From an uncultured Methylomirabilota bacterium (GTDB lineage: Bacteria; Methylomirabilota; Methylomirabilia; Methylomirabilales; 2-02-FULL-66-22), in the NCBI GenBank assembly GCA_963705305.1, contig OY970067.1, positions 4,800,001-4,864,000 of the forward strand: 64,000 nucleotides of DNA, written 5' to 3'. How positions within the stretch are numbered: the first letter of the stretch is position 1; every line of letters begins with the position of its first letter. Of the stretch, positions 12,261 to 21,471 are shown piece after piece. Position numbers and translations under genes: made by a program. Under the pieces are notes generated by a model that saw only the letters and a program-made list of their open reading frames with translations, did no database searches and had not been told where the DNA came from.

Positions 12261-13216
12261 GTCCAATCTGGCCACGGAAGGCCCTGCGCCGCCCTCCAGG
12301 CGGCTTCCGCGTCCCCCCGATCGCGCTCAAGCTGCTCGGCCAGCGCCCCCGCGTCGGCGAAGCGCCGCTCGTTCCGCAATCGCCGCAGGAAGAACACGGC
12401 GATGCGCTCCCCGTAGAGCGTTTCGCTCCAGGCCGGCAGGTGAATCTCCAGGCGCCGCTCACCCGGGCCGAAGGTGGGGGCGCGGCCCAGATTGATCATC
12501 GCGTCCTGGAAGCCGTCCCGCACCAGCACCCGGCCGGCATAGACCCCGTCCTGCAGCAAGAAGCGGTCCGGCACCGCCAGGTTGGCCGTCGGGAACCCGA
12601 GCCCGCGCCCGCGCCCGGCCCCGGCCCGGACCTCCCCCACCACGCAGAACGGCCGGCCCAGCAGGGCGCCGGCCTCCTCCACCCTTCCCTCCGCCAGGAG
12701 CGCCCGGATTCCCCGGCTGCCCACCACCTGGCCCCGCACGCTGACGGGGGGCACGACCTCCAGCCAGAACCCGTGGCGCGGGGCCAGCTCGCGGAGCAGC
12801 TCGGTGTTCCCGCGCCGCCCGCGCCCGAAGCCGAAATCATACCCCACGCACAGCCCGGCGATCCGGAGCCGGCGGACCAGCACCTCCTGCACGAAGGCGT
12901 CGGCCTCCAGGACGGCCAAGGCCGGTGAAAACTCGATCACCACGGCGGCGGCCATGCCCTGGCCCTTGAGCAGGGCCAGCTTCACCGGAAGCGGCGTGAT
13001 CAGGGGCGGGGCCGCCTCGGGCCGAACGACCTCCAGCGGGTGCCGGGCGAAGGTCAGCACCGCGGGAGTCCCGCCGACGGCCTCGGCCCGCGCCCGGACG
13101 CGACGCAGGATCTCCTGGTGACCCAGGTGCACCCCGTCCAGGGTTCCCATGCCCAGGATGGGCGTGGGCGCCGTCCAATTGAAATCCTCGAGTGCAGCCG
13201 CGCGAATCACCTGCAT
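12248..13216 (-). CDS. ribF: Bifunctional riboflavin kinase / FAD synthetase
   Basis: [33 protein letters not shown]. Confidence 0.94.
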   Translation of the reverse strand: MQVIRAAALEDFNWTAPTPILGMGTLDGVHLGHQEILRRVRARAEAVGGTPAVLTFARHPLEVVRPEAAPPLITPLPVKLALLKGQGMAAAVVIEFSPALAVLEADAFVQEVLVRRLRIAGLCVGYDFGFGRGRRGNTELLRELAPRHGFWLEVVPPVSVRGQVVGSRGIRALLAEGRVEEAGALLGRPFCVVGEVRAGAGRGRGLGFPTANLAVPDRFLLQDGVYAGRVLVRDGFQDAMINLGRAPTFGPGERRLEIHLPAWSETLYGERIAVFFLRRLRNERRFADAGALAEQLERDRGDAEAAWRAAQGLPWPDWTLHL

Positions 13217-13228
13217 GGGCCGGGCTCC

Positions 13229-14236
13229 TCAGCCCGGGCTCGAGAACACCCGAACCGGGCGCAGCACCAGCCGGCTGGGGTCGCAGGCCGCGAACTCCCC
13301 CGAGCTGACCCTGACCTCCGCCAGGCACAGGAGCTGCTTGCGGAATCCCAGCACGCGTACCAGGGTCCCGACTTCCACGGCCGGGGGGAACTGCACCATC
13401 ATGACCGCGGTGACCGGCATGCCGTGCAGGATCAGCGGCCCCGCCTCCGGGGCCACATATGCCGGGGGAAGATGGCTCAGGGCCTCGGCGATCGGCATCA
13501 GCACCTCGCCCAGCCGGCCCTCGCGCACGCACGACTCAAGCGCCTCCAGCGTCACCACCCCATCCAGCGTGAACCGGCCCGAGCGGGTCCGGATGAGCGC
13601 GTGGAGGTGCCCGCCGCAGCCCAGAACACGGCCGATGTCGTCGCACAGGCTCCTGGCGTAGGTGCCCTTCGAGCAGGCCACCCGCAGGCGGACGAAGGGC
13701 GGCGCGAACTCCAGCAGCTCCAGCGCGTGCACCCGCACGGTGACGGGCCGGCGCTCGACCACCGCCCCCCGGCGGGCCAGGCGATACAGCCGCTCCCCCT
13801 GATATTTCTTGGCCGAGTAGATCGGCGGCACCTGCTGGATCTCGCCGGTGAAGCGGGACAGCACCGCCTCGAAATCCTCCCGCGCGACCCGGACCTCCTC
13901 CACCCGGCCGGTCTCCTTGCCGGCCGCATCCAGGGTGTCGGTGGTGACCCCCAGGCGGAGGGTGAGAATGTACTCCTTGTCGGCCTGGGTCAGGTACTGC
14001 GCGATCCGCGTCGCCCGGCCCACGCACAGAGGCAACACTCCGGTTGCCTGCGGATCCAGCGTTCCCGTATGGCCGACCCGCTGCATGCCCAGGAGCTTGC
14101 GCGCGGCGTCCACCACGTCATGGGAGGTCATCCCCGCCGGCTTGTTGATGTTCAGGACCCCGTGAACCTCCGGCGTCACGCGTCCGAGCCCGGCCCTGGA
14201 GCCGGGATGCGCTGCCCGTGCCGGCGCCGCCATCAT
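13229..14236 (-). CDS. truB: tRNA pseudouridine(55) synthase
   Basis: KPAGMTSHD, GHTGTLDP, PPIYSAKK, CSKGTY; start uncertain (ATG 14236 overlapping nrnA stop, or GTG 14179). Confidence 0.93.
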   Translation of the reverse strand: MMAAPARAAHPGSRAGLGRVTPEVHGVLNINKPAGMTSHDVVDAARKLLGMQRVGHTGTLDPQATGVLPLCVGRATRIAQYLTQADKEYILTLRLGVTTDTLDAAGKETGRVEEVRVAREDFEAVLSRFTGEIQQVPPIYSAKKYQGERLYRLARRGAVVERRPVTVRVHALELLEFAPPFVRLRVACSKGTYARSLCDDIGRVLGCGGHLHALIRTRSGRFTLDGVVTLEALESCVREGRLGEVLMPIAEALSHLPPAYVAPEAGPLILHGMPVTAVMMVQFPPAVEVGTLVRVLGFRKQLLCLAEVRVSSGEFAACDPSRLVLRPVRVFSSPG

Positions 14237-15270
14237 GCGCCTCCCGGATCTGCGGGCTGCGGCTGATCGGCCCGGCAGCCTCCCGCAGGCGTCGCCATTC
14301 CATTCCCCCCGGCGAGATACGCGGCGGCGGCGGCCAGCACCGCGGCGCGAACCTCGGGCAGCCCCCCCGCCAGCGTGCAGCCCGCCGCGTTCCGGTGCCC
14401 GCCCCCGCCGAACCGGCCGGCCAGGCACGCCACGTCCAAGTCTCCGGAGGAGCGCAGGCTGACCCGCACCTGATCGGCAGCGACCTCCTTGAACGCCAGG
14501 GCTATCCGGACGCCGGCCACGGACCGCGGGTACTGGATGAAGTCCTCGGCGGCCTCCATGCCGATCCCCGCGCGCGCCAGCGTCGCCCGGGTGATCTCAA
14601 TCCAGGCCAGGCGCCCATCCGGACTCAGCTGGAGGCCGGCCAGCACGTCGCTCAGCAGCCGCCACTCGCGCGGATCGTGGTTCCAATACAACCCTCGAGC
14701 GATCGCCTCCGGGTCGGCCCCGCACGCGATCAGCTCCGCCGCCGTACGGAGGGCCTGGGCGGTCGTATTGGCGTACTGGAAGCCGCCGGTGTCGGTCAGG
14801 ATCGCCGCGTACAGGTTGGCCGCCACCGCCGGACCGACCGCAAATCCCCCGAGGCGGAGCAGCTGGAAGACCATCTCCCCCGCGGAGGACGCGTCCGGCT
14901 CGACCCAGTTCATCCTTCCGAAACGCGTGTTGCCGGCATGGTGGTCCACGTTCAGGATCAGGACGTCGGCCGGCAGCCCCTCCAGAAGGCCTCCCGTGCG
15001 CTCCCGATTGCTGGTGTCGAGCACCAGGCAGCAGGCGTAGCCGGCGGGGATGGGTCCTCCCACCACCAGCTGTTCGGCCCCCGGCAAGGCGTCCAGGCCG
15101 GGAGGGAGCGGGTCGGCGTTGTACATCGCGGTCCGCTTCCCCGCCTGCCGCAGCGCCAGGCCGGCCGCCAGGGTGGACCCGATCGCATCCCCCTCCGGGG
15201 CCACATGGGCCAGGACGGCCACCGAGGGCGCCTGCTGAAGCGCCGCCACGACCTGCTCCAGATCACTCAC
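14233..15270 (-). CDS. nrnA: DHH/DHHA1 oligoribonuclease / pAp phosphatase
   Basis: NVDHH, TDTGGF, VSLRS, GGGGHRNAAG; GTG start overlapping rbfA end. Confidence 0.88.
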   Translation of the reverse strand: MSDLEQVVAALQQAPSVAVLAHVAPEGDAIGSTLAAGLALRQAGKRTAMYNADPLPPGLDALPGAEQLVVGGPIPAGYACCLVLDTSNRERTGGLLEGLPADVLILNVDHHAGNTRFGRMNWVEPDASSAGEMVFQLLRLGGFAVGPAVAANLYAAILTDTGGFQYANTTAQALRTAAELIACGADPEAIARGLYWNHDPREWRLLSDVLAGLQLSPDGRLAWIEITRATLARAGIGMEAAEDFIQYPRSVAGVRIALAFKEVAADQVRVSLRSSGDLDVACLAGRFGGGGHRNAAGCTLAGGLPEVRAAVLAAAAAYLAGGNGMATPAGGCRADQPQPADPGGA

Positions 15271-15628
15271 CCGGCTTCCCCTCGCGGGCCACCTGCTTGA
15301 GCAGGGCGGCCAGGTGCAGGCTTTCGTCCACCGATGCGTCCACCTCGAAGCTGAGCTCGGGCGCGTAGCGAAGCCGCAGGCACCGCCCCAGTTGCCCCCG
15401 CAGGAATCCCGCGGCGGAGCGCAGCCCGTCCAGCTCTTCGGCACAGCCGGATTGTCCCGGCCGACCCGTGAACAGGATGCGGGCATGCCGCAGGTCGCCA
15501 CTCACCCGCACGGCGGTGATAGTCACCGCCTGCAGACGGGGATCCTTGACCTCCCGCAGCAGCAGGCGGCTCAACTCCCGGCGAATCAGGTCGCCCACGC
15601 GGTCGGCGCGACGATATGACAGCGGCAT
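15263..15628 (-). CDS. rbfA: Ribosome-binding factor A
   Basis: RADRV..IRREL, VKDPRL, LRYAPELSF..D. Confidence 0.93.
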   Translation of the reverse strand: MPLSYRRADRVGDLIRRELSRLLLREVKDPRLQAVTITAVRVSGDLRHARILFTGRPGQSGCAEELDGLRSAAGFLRGQLGRCLRLRYAPELSFEVDASVDESLHLAALLKQVAREGKPGE

Positions 15629-15731
15629 GGCAACAGAACCTGCGAGGCTCAACGCGGAAACTCGGAACTGGGCGGGAAGGCGCCGCGGATGCCATCGGCG
15701 TCCGGGCGCCAGGCTCCGGCGTCCAGGAGAG

Positions 15732-16019
15732 TCAATGCGCGATCAGATCGATCTCGTAGTCCACCACCAGCACCTCGCCGCTGTCCTCGATCCAGTTGAC
15801 CACCGTGGAGAGCATGGCGTCGACCAGGCGGGAGTCATTGCTCACGCATGCGATCCCCAGCGTGGCGCGGTCCCACTCGTCCAGGTGATCCACCTCGGCG
15901 ATCCCCACATTAAACCGGGCCTGGATCCGATCCTTAAGGCTCTTCAGCACCCGCCGCTTGGCCTTCAGCGAACGGCTCTCGGGAATCCGCAGGTCGATTT
16001 TACAACTGCCGACCGTCAT
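15732..16019 (-). CDS. DUF503 family protein (YlxP-like)
   Basis: SLKAKRRVLKSLKDRI..RFNVGIAEV; conserved position between infB and rbfA. Confidence 0.88.
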   Translation of the reverse strand: MTVGSCKIDLRIPESRSLKAKRRVLKSLKDRIQARFNVGIAEVDHLDEWDRATLGIACVSNDSRLVDAMLSTVVNWIEDSGEVLVVDYEIDLIAH

Positions 16020-16131
16020 CGCCGCGAGCCCACTGACCGCCGGCGACGCGCTCCCCCGTCCGGCTCCCCCGGCGCGGCATCCATCCGATCCCCCCTGGTC
16101 ATTGGGAGTTGGACGTTGGTCATTCCTAGGT

Positions 16132-16280
16132 GGATGCTGAAAAACTCGCTTTCACTGAGGCTGCTCAAAAAGGCCCAGGTGCAAGGCGCCGCGCGATCCG
16201 AGGTGCGAGGCGTACTTAGCGTGTACGTCGCAGCGCCGCGGGAGCGCGGCAACGCCGCAGATGGGACTTTTTCAGCAGCC
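16132..16280. mobile_element. MITE-like non-autonomous element with terminal inverted repeats
   Basis: GGCTGCTCAAAAAGGCCCA (16159) versus reverse complement of TGGGACTTTTTCAGCAGCC (ends 16280), 17/19 match; extra left-end copy GGATGCTGAAAAA at 16132; internally palindromic; no transposase. Confidence 0.7.
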
Positions 16281-16282
16281 GG

Positions 16283-19018
16283 TTAGAGCGTGGGGGCGAT
16301 CTCCTCCAGCTCGAACACCTCGATGACGTCCCCGACGTGAATGTCGTTGTAATTGGCCAGGCCGATGCCGCATTCCTGACCGCTCTGTACCTCCCGGACA
16401 TCGTCTTTGAAGCGACGCAGCGAGAGGATCTTCCCCGTGTGGACGACGCGGCCGTCGCGCACCAGGCGGACCGAGGCGTCCCGCGAGACCTTGCCGTCCG
16501 CCACGTAGGAGCCGGCGATCGTCCCGACCTTGGAGATGTTGAAGACCTGGCGGATCTCCACCCGTCCCAGCGGCCGCTCCACGTACTGCGGCTCGAGCAG
16601 GCCCTCCATGGCCGCCCGCACCTCGTTGATGGCTTCGTAGATCACCGAGTAGAGACGCAGGTCGACCCGCTCCTGCTCGGCCAGCCGCTGGGCCTTGGGC
16701 TCCGGCCGAACGTTGAAGCCGACGATGATGGCGTTGCTGGCCGAGGCCAGCATGACATCGCTCTCGGTGACGGCCCCGACGGAGCTGTGAATGACGTTGA
16801 CCTTGACCTTGTCGGTCCCCAGCCGCTCCAGAGAGTCCTGCAGAGGGGCCACCGACCCCTGCACGTCCCCCTTGAGAATCATGCGCAGCTCCTTGACCTC
16901 GCCCCGCTCGATCTGCTGGTGCAGCACGTCCAGAGTGACTCGCGGCTGGGCCGTCATGCTCTCCTGGCGGTGCCGCTCCTGTCGGGCCACGGCGATCTGG
17001 CGGGCTTTCCGCTCGTCTCCCACCACCGCGAACGTATCCCCGGCCAGCGGGACGCCGGACAGGCCCAGGATCTCCACGGGGGTCGCCGGGCCGGCCCAGG
17101 ACAGCTTGCGGCCCTTGTCGTTGACCATGGCCCGGATCCGCCCGTGGTGGAGGCCGGCCACCACGGCGTCTCCCACGCGCACGGTCCCCGTCTGCACCAG
17201 GACGGTGGCAACCGGCCCCCGCCCCTTGTCCAGCTCGGCCTCCACGACCACGCCGCGGGCCGGCTTGTCCGGGTTCGCCTTGAACTCTTGGACTTCCGCC
17301 AGGACCAGCAGGTTGTCCAGCAGGTTCTGGATCCCCTCGCGGCGCTTGGCGGAGACCGGGACGAAGATCGTGTCGCCGCCCCATTCCTCCGGCACCAGCC
17401 CGTACTCTGTCAGCTGCTGCTTGATGCGATTCGGGTCGGCGTTGGGCTTGTCGATCTTGTTGATCGCCACCAGGATCGGCACCTTGGCGTCTTTGGCATG
17501 GTTGATGGCCTCGATGGTCTGCGGCATGACGCCGTCATCCGCCGCCACCACCAGGACCACGATGTCCGTGGCCTGGGCCCCGCGGGCCCGCATGGCCGTA
17601 AAGGCCTCGTGGCCGGGGGTGTCCAGGAAGACCACCCGATCCACCGCGTGCCCCGGGACCTCCACCTCGTAGGCACCGATGTGCTGGGTGATGCCCCCGG
17701 CCTCGGTCGCGATGACGTCGGTGTGGCGGATGGCGTCGAGGAGCGAGGTCTTCCCGTGATCCACGTGCCCCATGACCGTGACGACCGGAGCCCGCGGGCG
17801 CAGCAGGGCCGGCTCGTCGACCTCCCCCGTCTCCTCCACCACCTCGCCCGGCGCCGCCAGCTCCACGCTGTAGCCGAACTGCTGGGCCACTTTGGTGATG
17901 GTCTCCGCGTCGAGCGATGTGTTGATCGTCGCCAGGATTCCCAGCTTGATCAACCGCTTGATCACATCGCTGGTGGTGGCCGACATCTTTTCGGCCAATT
18001 CCTTGGGGCTCATCCCCTCGCCCATCTTCAGCACTTTGGGGACCGGCGGAGCCGGCGGCGGCGCCTCCGGCCGGGAGACCGCCGCCGGCGCGGCTCCGCG
18101 GGCGGATGGCCGCGGCGGCCGCGGGGGCGGAAGCGGCTCCGGCTCGGCTGCCGGGGCAAAGGCCGGGGGGGCCGGGGATTCCAGCGCGGCGAGGTCCGAC
18201 GCCGGAGCCTCGGCCACCACCGGACGGGGGGGCTCCACCGCCGGGCGGGGCGGGCTCACATGCGGCCGCGGCCTCTCCTCTGCGGGCGGGGCCGGTCGCG
18301 GTCCGGGCCTCGGCACGGGTCGACGGACGGGAGGCGGGACTTCGAGGGCTGGGGCCTTCGGCTTGGGCGGGGCCTCGCCCGCCGGCGGCGCGGCCGGGAC
18401 CGCCCGCCCCGCCGCCGGCTCTGTCTTGGGCGGCGCCGGCGGAGCGATCGCCTCGGAAGGCTTCGGCAGCTCTTCGGGGGCGCGTTCCTCCGCTCCCGGC
18501 GCCGGCGGCGGGACCGGGGGTGCCGCCACCTCCGCAGGTGGAGCCTGGACGACGATCTCTTCGACTGGTGCGACGGCCTCAGGCTCCACAGGGGCGGCAT
18601 GCGCCACCGTTGCGGCATCGATGGTGATGACGAGCGGCTTCACCGGCGATGCGTCCTCTCCCCGCTTCCGGGGTGCGCGAGGCTTCGGCTCCTTCTTGAC
18701 CTCTTCCTCCTCGACGGGCTTGGCCTTGGTTTTCCGTTTGGGAGCCGCCTCGGAGGTCTTGGCGGCGGGTGCAGCGGCGGCTGTTCGGCTGCGGGTGCTG
18801 CGGCGGGTCGGGGGCTTCACCGGCATCCCGCTCCCCGGCCGGATCGTCCGCGCGGGGATGCGCGCCACCGGTTGAGACAGGATCCCGCGGGCGAACTCCT
18901 CGTCCACCGAGGTGCTGAACGTCGCCGCCTCCACCCCGGCCGCCTGGAGGCGCTCTAGGACTTCCTTGGTGGTGAGGCGAAAGGTCGTTGCCAAATCGTA
19001 CACCCGAACCATTCCCAC
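16283..19018 (-). CDS. infB: Translation initiation factor IF-2
   Basis: [36 protein letters not shown]; long Pro/Ala-rich N-terminal linker; start 19018 or 19012. Confidence 0.98.
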   Translation of the reverse strand: MGMVRVYDLATTFRLTTKEVLERLQAAGVEAATFSTSVDEEFARGILSQPVARIPARTIRPGSGMPVKPPTRRSTRSRTAAAAPAAKTSEAAPKRKTKAKPVEEEEVKKEPKPRAPRKRGEDASPVKPLVITIDAATVAHAAPVEPEAVAPVEEIVVQAPPAEVAAPPVPPPAPGAEERAPEELPKPSEAIAPPAPPKTEPAAGRAVPAAPPAGEAPPKPKAPALEVPPPVRRPVPRPGPRPAPPAEERPRPHVSPPRPAVEPPRPVVAEAPASDLAALESPAPPAFAPAAEPEPLPPPRPPRPSARGAAPAAVSRPEAPPPAPPVPKVLKMGEGMSPKELAEKMSATTSDVIKRLIKLGILATINTSLDAETITKVAQQFGYSVELAAPGEVVEETGEVDEPALLRPRAPVVTVMGHVDHGKTSLLDAIRHTDVIATEAGGITQHIGAYEVEVPGHAVDRVVFLDTPGHEAFTAMRARGAQATDIVVLVVAADDGVMPQTIEAINHAKDAKVPILVAINKIDKPNADPNRIKQQLTEYGLVPEEWGGDTIFVPVSAKRREGIQNLLDNLLVLAEVQEFKANPDKPARGVVVEAELDKGRGPVATVLVQTGTVRVGDAVVAGLHHGRIRAMVNDKGRKLSWAGPATPVEILGLSGVPLAGDTFAVVGDERKARQIAVARQERHRQESMTAQPRVTLDVLHQQIERGEVKELRMILKGDVQGSVAPLQDSLERLGTDKVKVNVIHSSVGAVTESDVMLASASNAIIVGFNVRPEPKAQRLAEQERVDLRLYSVIYEAINEVRAAMEGLLEPQYVERPLGRVEIRQVFNISKVGTIAGSYVADGKVSRDASVRLVRDGRVVHTGKILSLRRFKDDVREVQSGQECGIGLANYNDIHVGDVIEVFELEEIAPTL

Positions 19019-19046
19019 GCTCTACTCCTCCACCCCCGCCTTGCGG

Positions 19047-19382
19047 TCAGACGCAGCCATCCAGAACGATCCCCCGCCGGCGAGCCTCTCCGGCCACGGC
19101 CTTCCGCAGCTCGTCCCGATCCACGCCGAGCAGCGTTCGCCGCAGCGCCCGCGGAAAGCCCCGGCCCTGCAGCGCTAGGGCCAGGCACCGGAGCGACGGA
19201 CAGAGATACGCTCCCCGACCGCGCGCCGACCGAACCGCCACAACCAACCGTCCGTCCGCCTCCGCCACGAAACGGATCAACTGCCGCTGCTCCGCGATCC
19301 GCCGGCAGGCCACACAGGTTCGCAGGGGCGCCGACCGTCCGGCGCGGCTCCGGGCGCTGTCCGCCCGCTCGGGGCAGCTCAT
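19047..19382 (-). CDS. YlxR / DUF448 family RNA-binding protein (RnpM-like)
   Basis: PLRTCVACR, LIRFV, GRGAYLC; located between nusA and infB. Confidence 0.88.
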   Translation of the reverse strand: MSCPERADSARSRAGRSAPLRTCVACRRIAEQRQLIRFVAEADGRLVVAVRSARGRGAYLCPSLRCLALALQGRGFPRALRRTLLGVDRDELRKAVAGEARRRGIVLDGCV

Positions 19383-20767
19383 TCGGCCGCGGTATCGGCC
19401 ATCTCGGCCGGCGGCTCGGTCTCCGCAGGAGCGGGCAGCGGCCGGGCGGGAGCGTCCCCCGCGCCCGCCAGCGCCTCCTGGGCCGCTTGCAGGATCCGCT
19501 CGGCACTCTTGGCGCCGATCCCCTCCACCACCTGCAGCTCGTCCGGCGTCGCCGCCGCCAGGGCCGCCAGGCTGCCGTACCCGGCCGCCACCAGGCGTCC
19601 GGCCAGCTTCTCCCCGATGCCGGGCAGCGCCGTAAACTGCTCCAACGGATCCGCCTCGCTCGGGGGAGCTTCCGCCGGACGCTCCTCCCCGCCCATCAGC
19701 CCGGACAGGGCGGCTTCCGCCTCGCGCTGGAGCTCGGCGGTGCTCTTGATGTCCACCTTCCAGCCGACCAGCTTGGCCGCCAGTCGGGCATTCTGACCCC
19801 GCTTGCCGATGGCCAGGGACAGTTGATCGTCCGCCACCACCACCTGCAGGGTATGCGTCTCGCTATCGACCGTGACGTGCTGCACTTCGGCGGGTGCCAG
19901 CGCCGCCTTCACGAAGGTGCCGGGATCCTCCCGCCAGGGAATGATATCGATCTTCTCCCCCTGCAGCTCCCGCACAATCGACTGCACGCGCGCGCCCCGA
20001 TAGCCGACGCAGGCCCCCACGGGATCCACGTTGGCATCCTTGGAGACGACGGCGATCTTCGCCCGCTCGCCCGCCTCCCGCGCCGCCGCCCGGACCTCGA
20101 CGATCCCCTCGTAGATCTCCGGCACCTCCAGATCGAAGAGGCGCTTGAGGAAGCCGGGATGGGTCCGGGAGACGACGATCTGTGACCCCTTGGAGGTCTT
20201 CTTCACATCCAGGATGTAGGCGCGCACCCGGTCCCCCACCCGGAACTCTTCCCGAGGCAGCTGCTCGCGCACGGGAAGGATGGCCTCGGCCTTGCCGATG
20301 TTGAGGATGGCATTGCCCTTGATGACGCGCTGCACCACGCCGTGGACCAGCTCCCCTTCCTTTTCCTTGAAAGTCTGGAAGACCGAGTCCCGCTCCGCCT
20401 CGCGCACCCGCTGGATGATGACCTGCTTGGCCGTCTGGGCCGCGATCCGCCCGAAGCTCTGCGCGTTGACCGGCACCGGGGTCTTCACCTCGTCCCCGAT
20501 GTGGGCCTCCGGGTTGATGGCCCGGGCCTCCTCGAGACTGACCTCGATCTTGGAGTTGGTCGGGCTCTCGACAACCTTGTGGACAGCGTAGAGCATGAAC
20601 TGCCCCGACTTGGAGTCGAAGTCCACCCGCAAGTCCAGGGCGGCCTGCGCCACAGGCAGGCTTTTGCGGGAGGCCGACAGGATCGCGGCACCCACCGCCT
20701 CGATGAGGACCCCCTTATCAATCCCCTTCTCCCGCCCGATTTGATCGATGACCTGCATCAGGTCCAT
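19379..20767 (-). CDS. nusA: Transcription termination/antitermination factor NusA
   Basis: FGRIAAQTAKQVI, SRTHP, DPVGACVG, LSLAIGKRGQNARLA; C-terminal HhH repeats. Confidence 0.97.
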   Translation of the reverse strand: MDLMQVIDQIGREKGIDKGVLIEAVGAAILSASRKSLPVAQAALDLRVDFDSKSGQFMLYAVHKVVESPTNSKIEVSLEEARAINPEAHIGDEVKTPVPVNAQSFGRIAAQTAKQVIIQRVREAERDSVFQTFKEKEGELVHGVVQRVIKGNAILNIGKAEAILPVREQLPREEFRVGDRVRAYILDVKKTSKGSQIVVSRTHPGFLKRLFDLEVPEIYEGIVEVRAAAREAGERAKIAVVSKDANVDPVGACVGYRGARVQSIVRELQGEKIDIIPWREDPGTFVKAALAPAEVQHVTVDSETHTLQVVVADDQLSLAIGKRGQNARLAAKLVGWKVDIKSTAELQREAEAALSGLMGGEERPAEAPPSEADPLEQFTALPGIGEKLAGRLVAAGYGSLAALAAATPDELQVVEGIGAKSAERILQAAQEALAGAGDAPARPLPAPAETEPPAEMADTAAE

Positions 20768-20873
20768 GCCATGCCCTCCGTCCAGTCCCGGGAGCTCGCA
20801 GCCTGCCGCAGCCTCCGAGCCCTGCTCCCCCGCAAGCCGCAGCCGCGGCGGCCGGCGAACGAGGTCGACGACC

Positions 20874-21368
20874 TTAGAATTCCGGTTGGAGCCGCGCTTT
20901 CAGGATGAGCTCGCGTGGGATGGCCGCGCGGCGGCCGTCGGGCAACGCCACAAGGACGCGCTCGCCTTCCAGGCCGACCAGGCGTCCGCGAAAGTTCCGC
21001 TGCCCTTCCACCGCTTCGCGGGTCGTCACCTTGACCTCGCGGCCGGCGAAGCGCACGAAGTCCGCGCCCCTGGTCAGCGGCCGATCCAGCCCCGGAGAGG
21101 AGACCTCCAGGTGGTAGGGGTGGTCGATGAGGTCTTCAACGTCCAGATGATCCCCCAATTCTTCGCTCACCCGCTGGCAATCACCCAGGGTCACCCCGCC
21201 GGGCTTATCCAGGTAGAGACGGAGCACCCATCCCTGCGCCTCGCGCCGGAATTCGACATCCACCAGCTCCATCCCCTGGTCGATCAGGATGGCTTCCGCC
21301 AGGGCCCGAATCCGCCCCAGGAGATCCCCGCCCTGCCGGGTGCTGCCCGTCTTTCCGGGTGCTTGCAT
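20874..21368 (-). CDS. rimP: Ribosome maturation factor RimP
   Basis: LRLYLDKPGGV..DC, YHLEVSSPGLDRPL. Confidence 0.94.
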   Translation of the reverse strand: MQAPGKTGSTRQGGDLLGRIRALAEAILIDQGMELVDVEFRREAQGWVLRLYLDKPGGVTLGDCQRVSEELGDHLDVEDLIDHPYHLEVSSPGLDRPLTRGADFVRFAGREVKVTTREAVEGQRNFRGRLVGLEGERVLVALPDGRRAAIPRELILKARLQPEF

Positions 21369-21394
21369 GCCGGCCTCTGTATCCCTCGAAAAAC

Positions 21395-21420
21395 AAAGAG
21401 CGGGCGAGCGCCCACTCCTT
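21395..21420 (-). promoter_or_regulatory. rimP leader hairpin
   Basis: Minus strand GAGTGGGC-GCTC-GCCCGCTC followed by TTTGTTTTT upstream of rimP; resembles the conserved rimP leader motif. Confidence 0.65.
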
Positions 21421-21424
21421 GCGA

Positions 21425-21454
21425 AATCTAGCACGCCACCGGCTGTCCGCGCAA
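21425..21454 (-). promoter_or_regulatory. Promoter of the rimP-nusA-infB operon
   Basis: TTGCGC-18 nt-TAGATT with TG extension. Confidence 0.55.
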
Positions 21455-21471
21455 GGGAAAAATGGCCGCCC

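Noticed and set aside
18030..18900. GC-rich repetitive stretch inside infB as a repeat element
   Set aside because: It encodes the Pro/Ala-rich IF2 N-terminal linker in frame, a known variable region.
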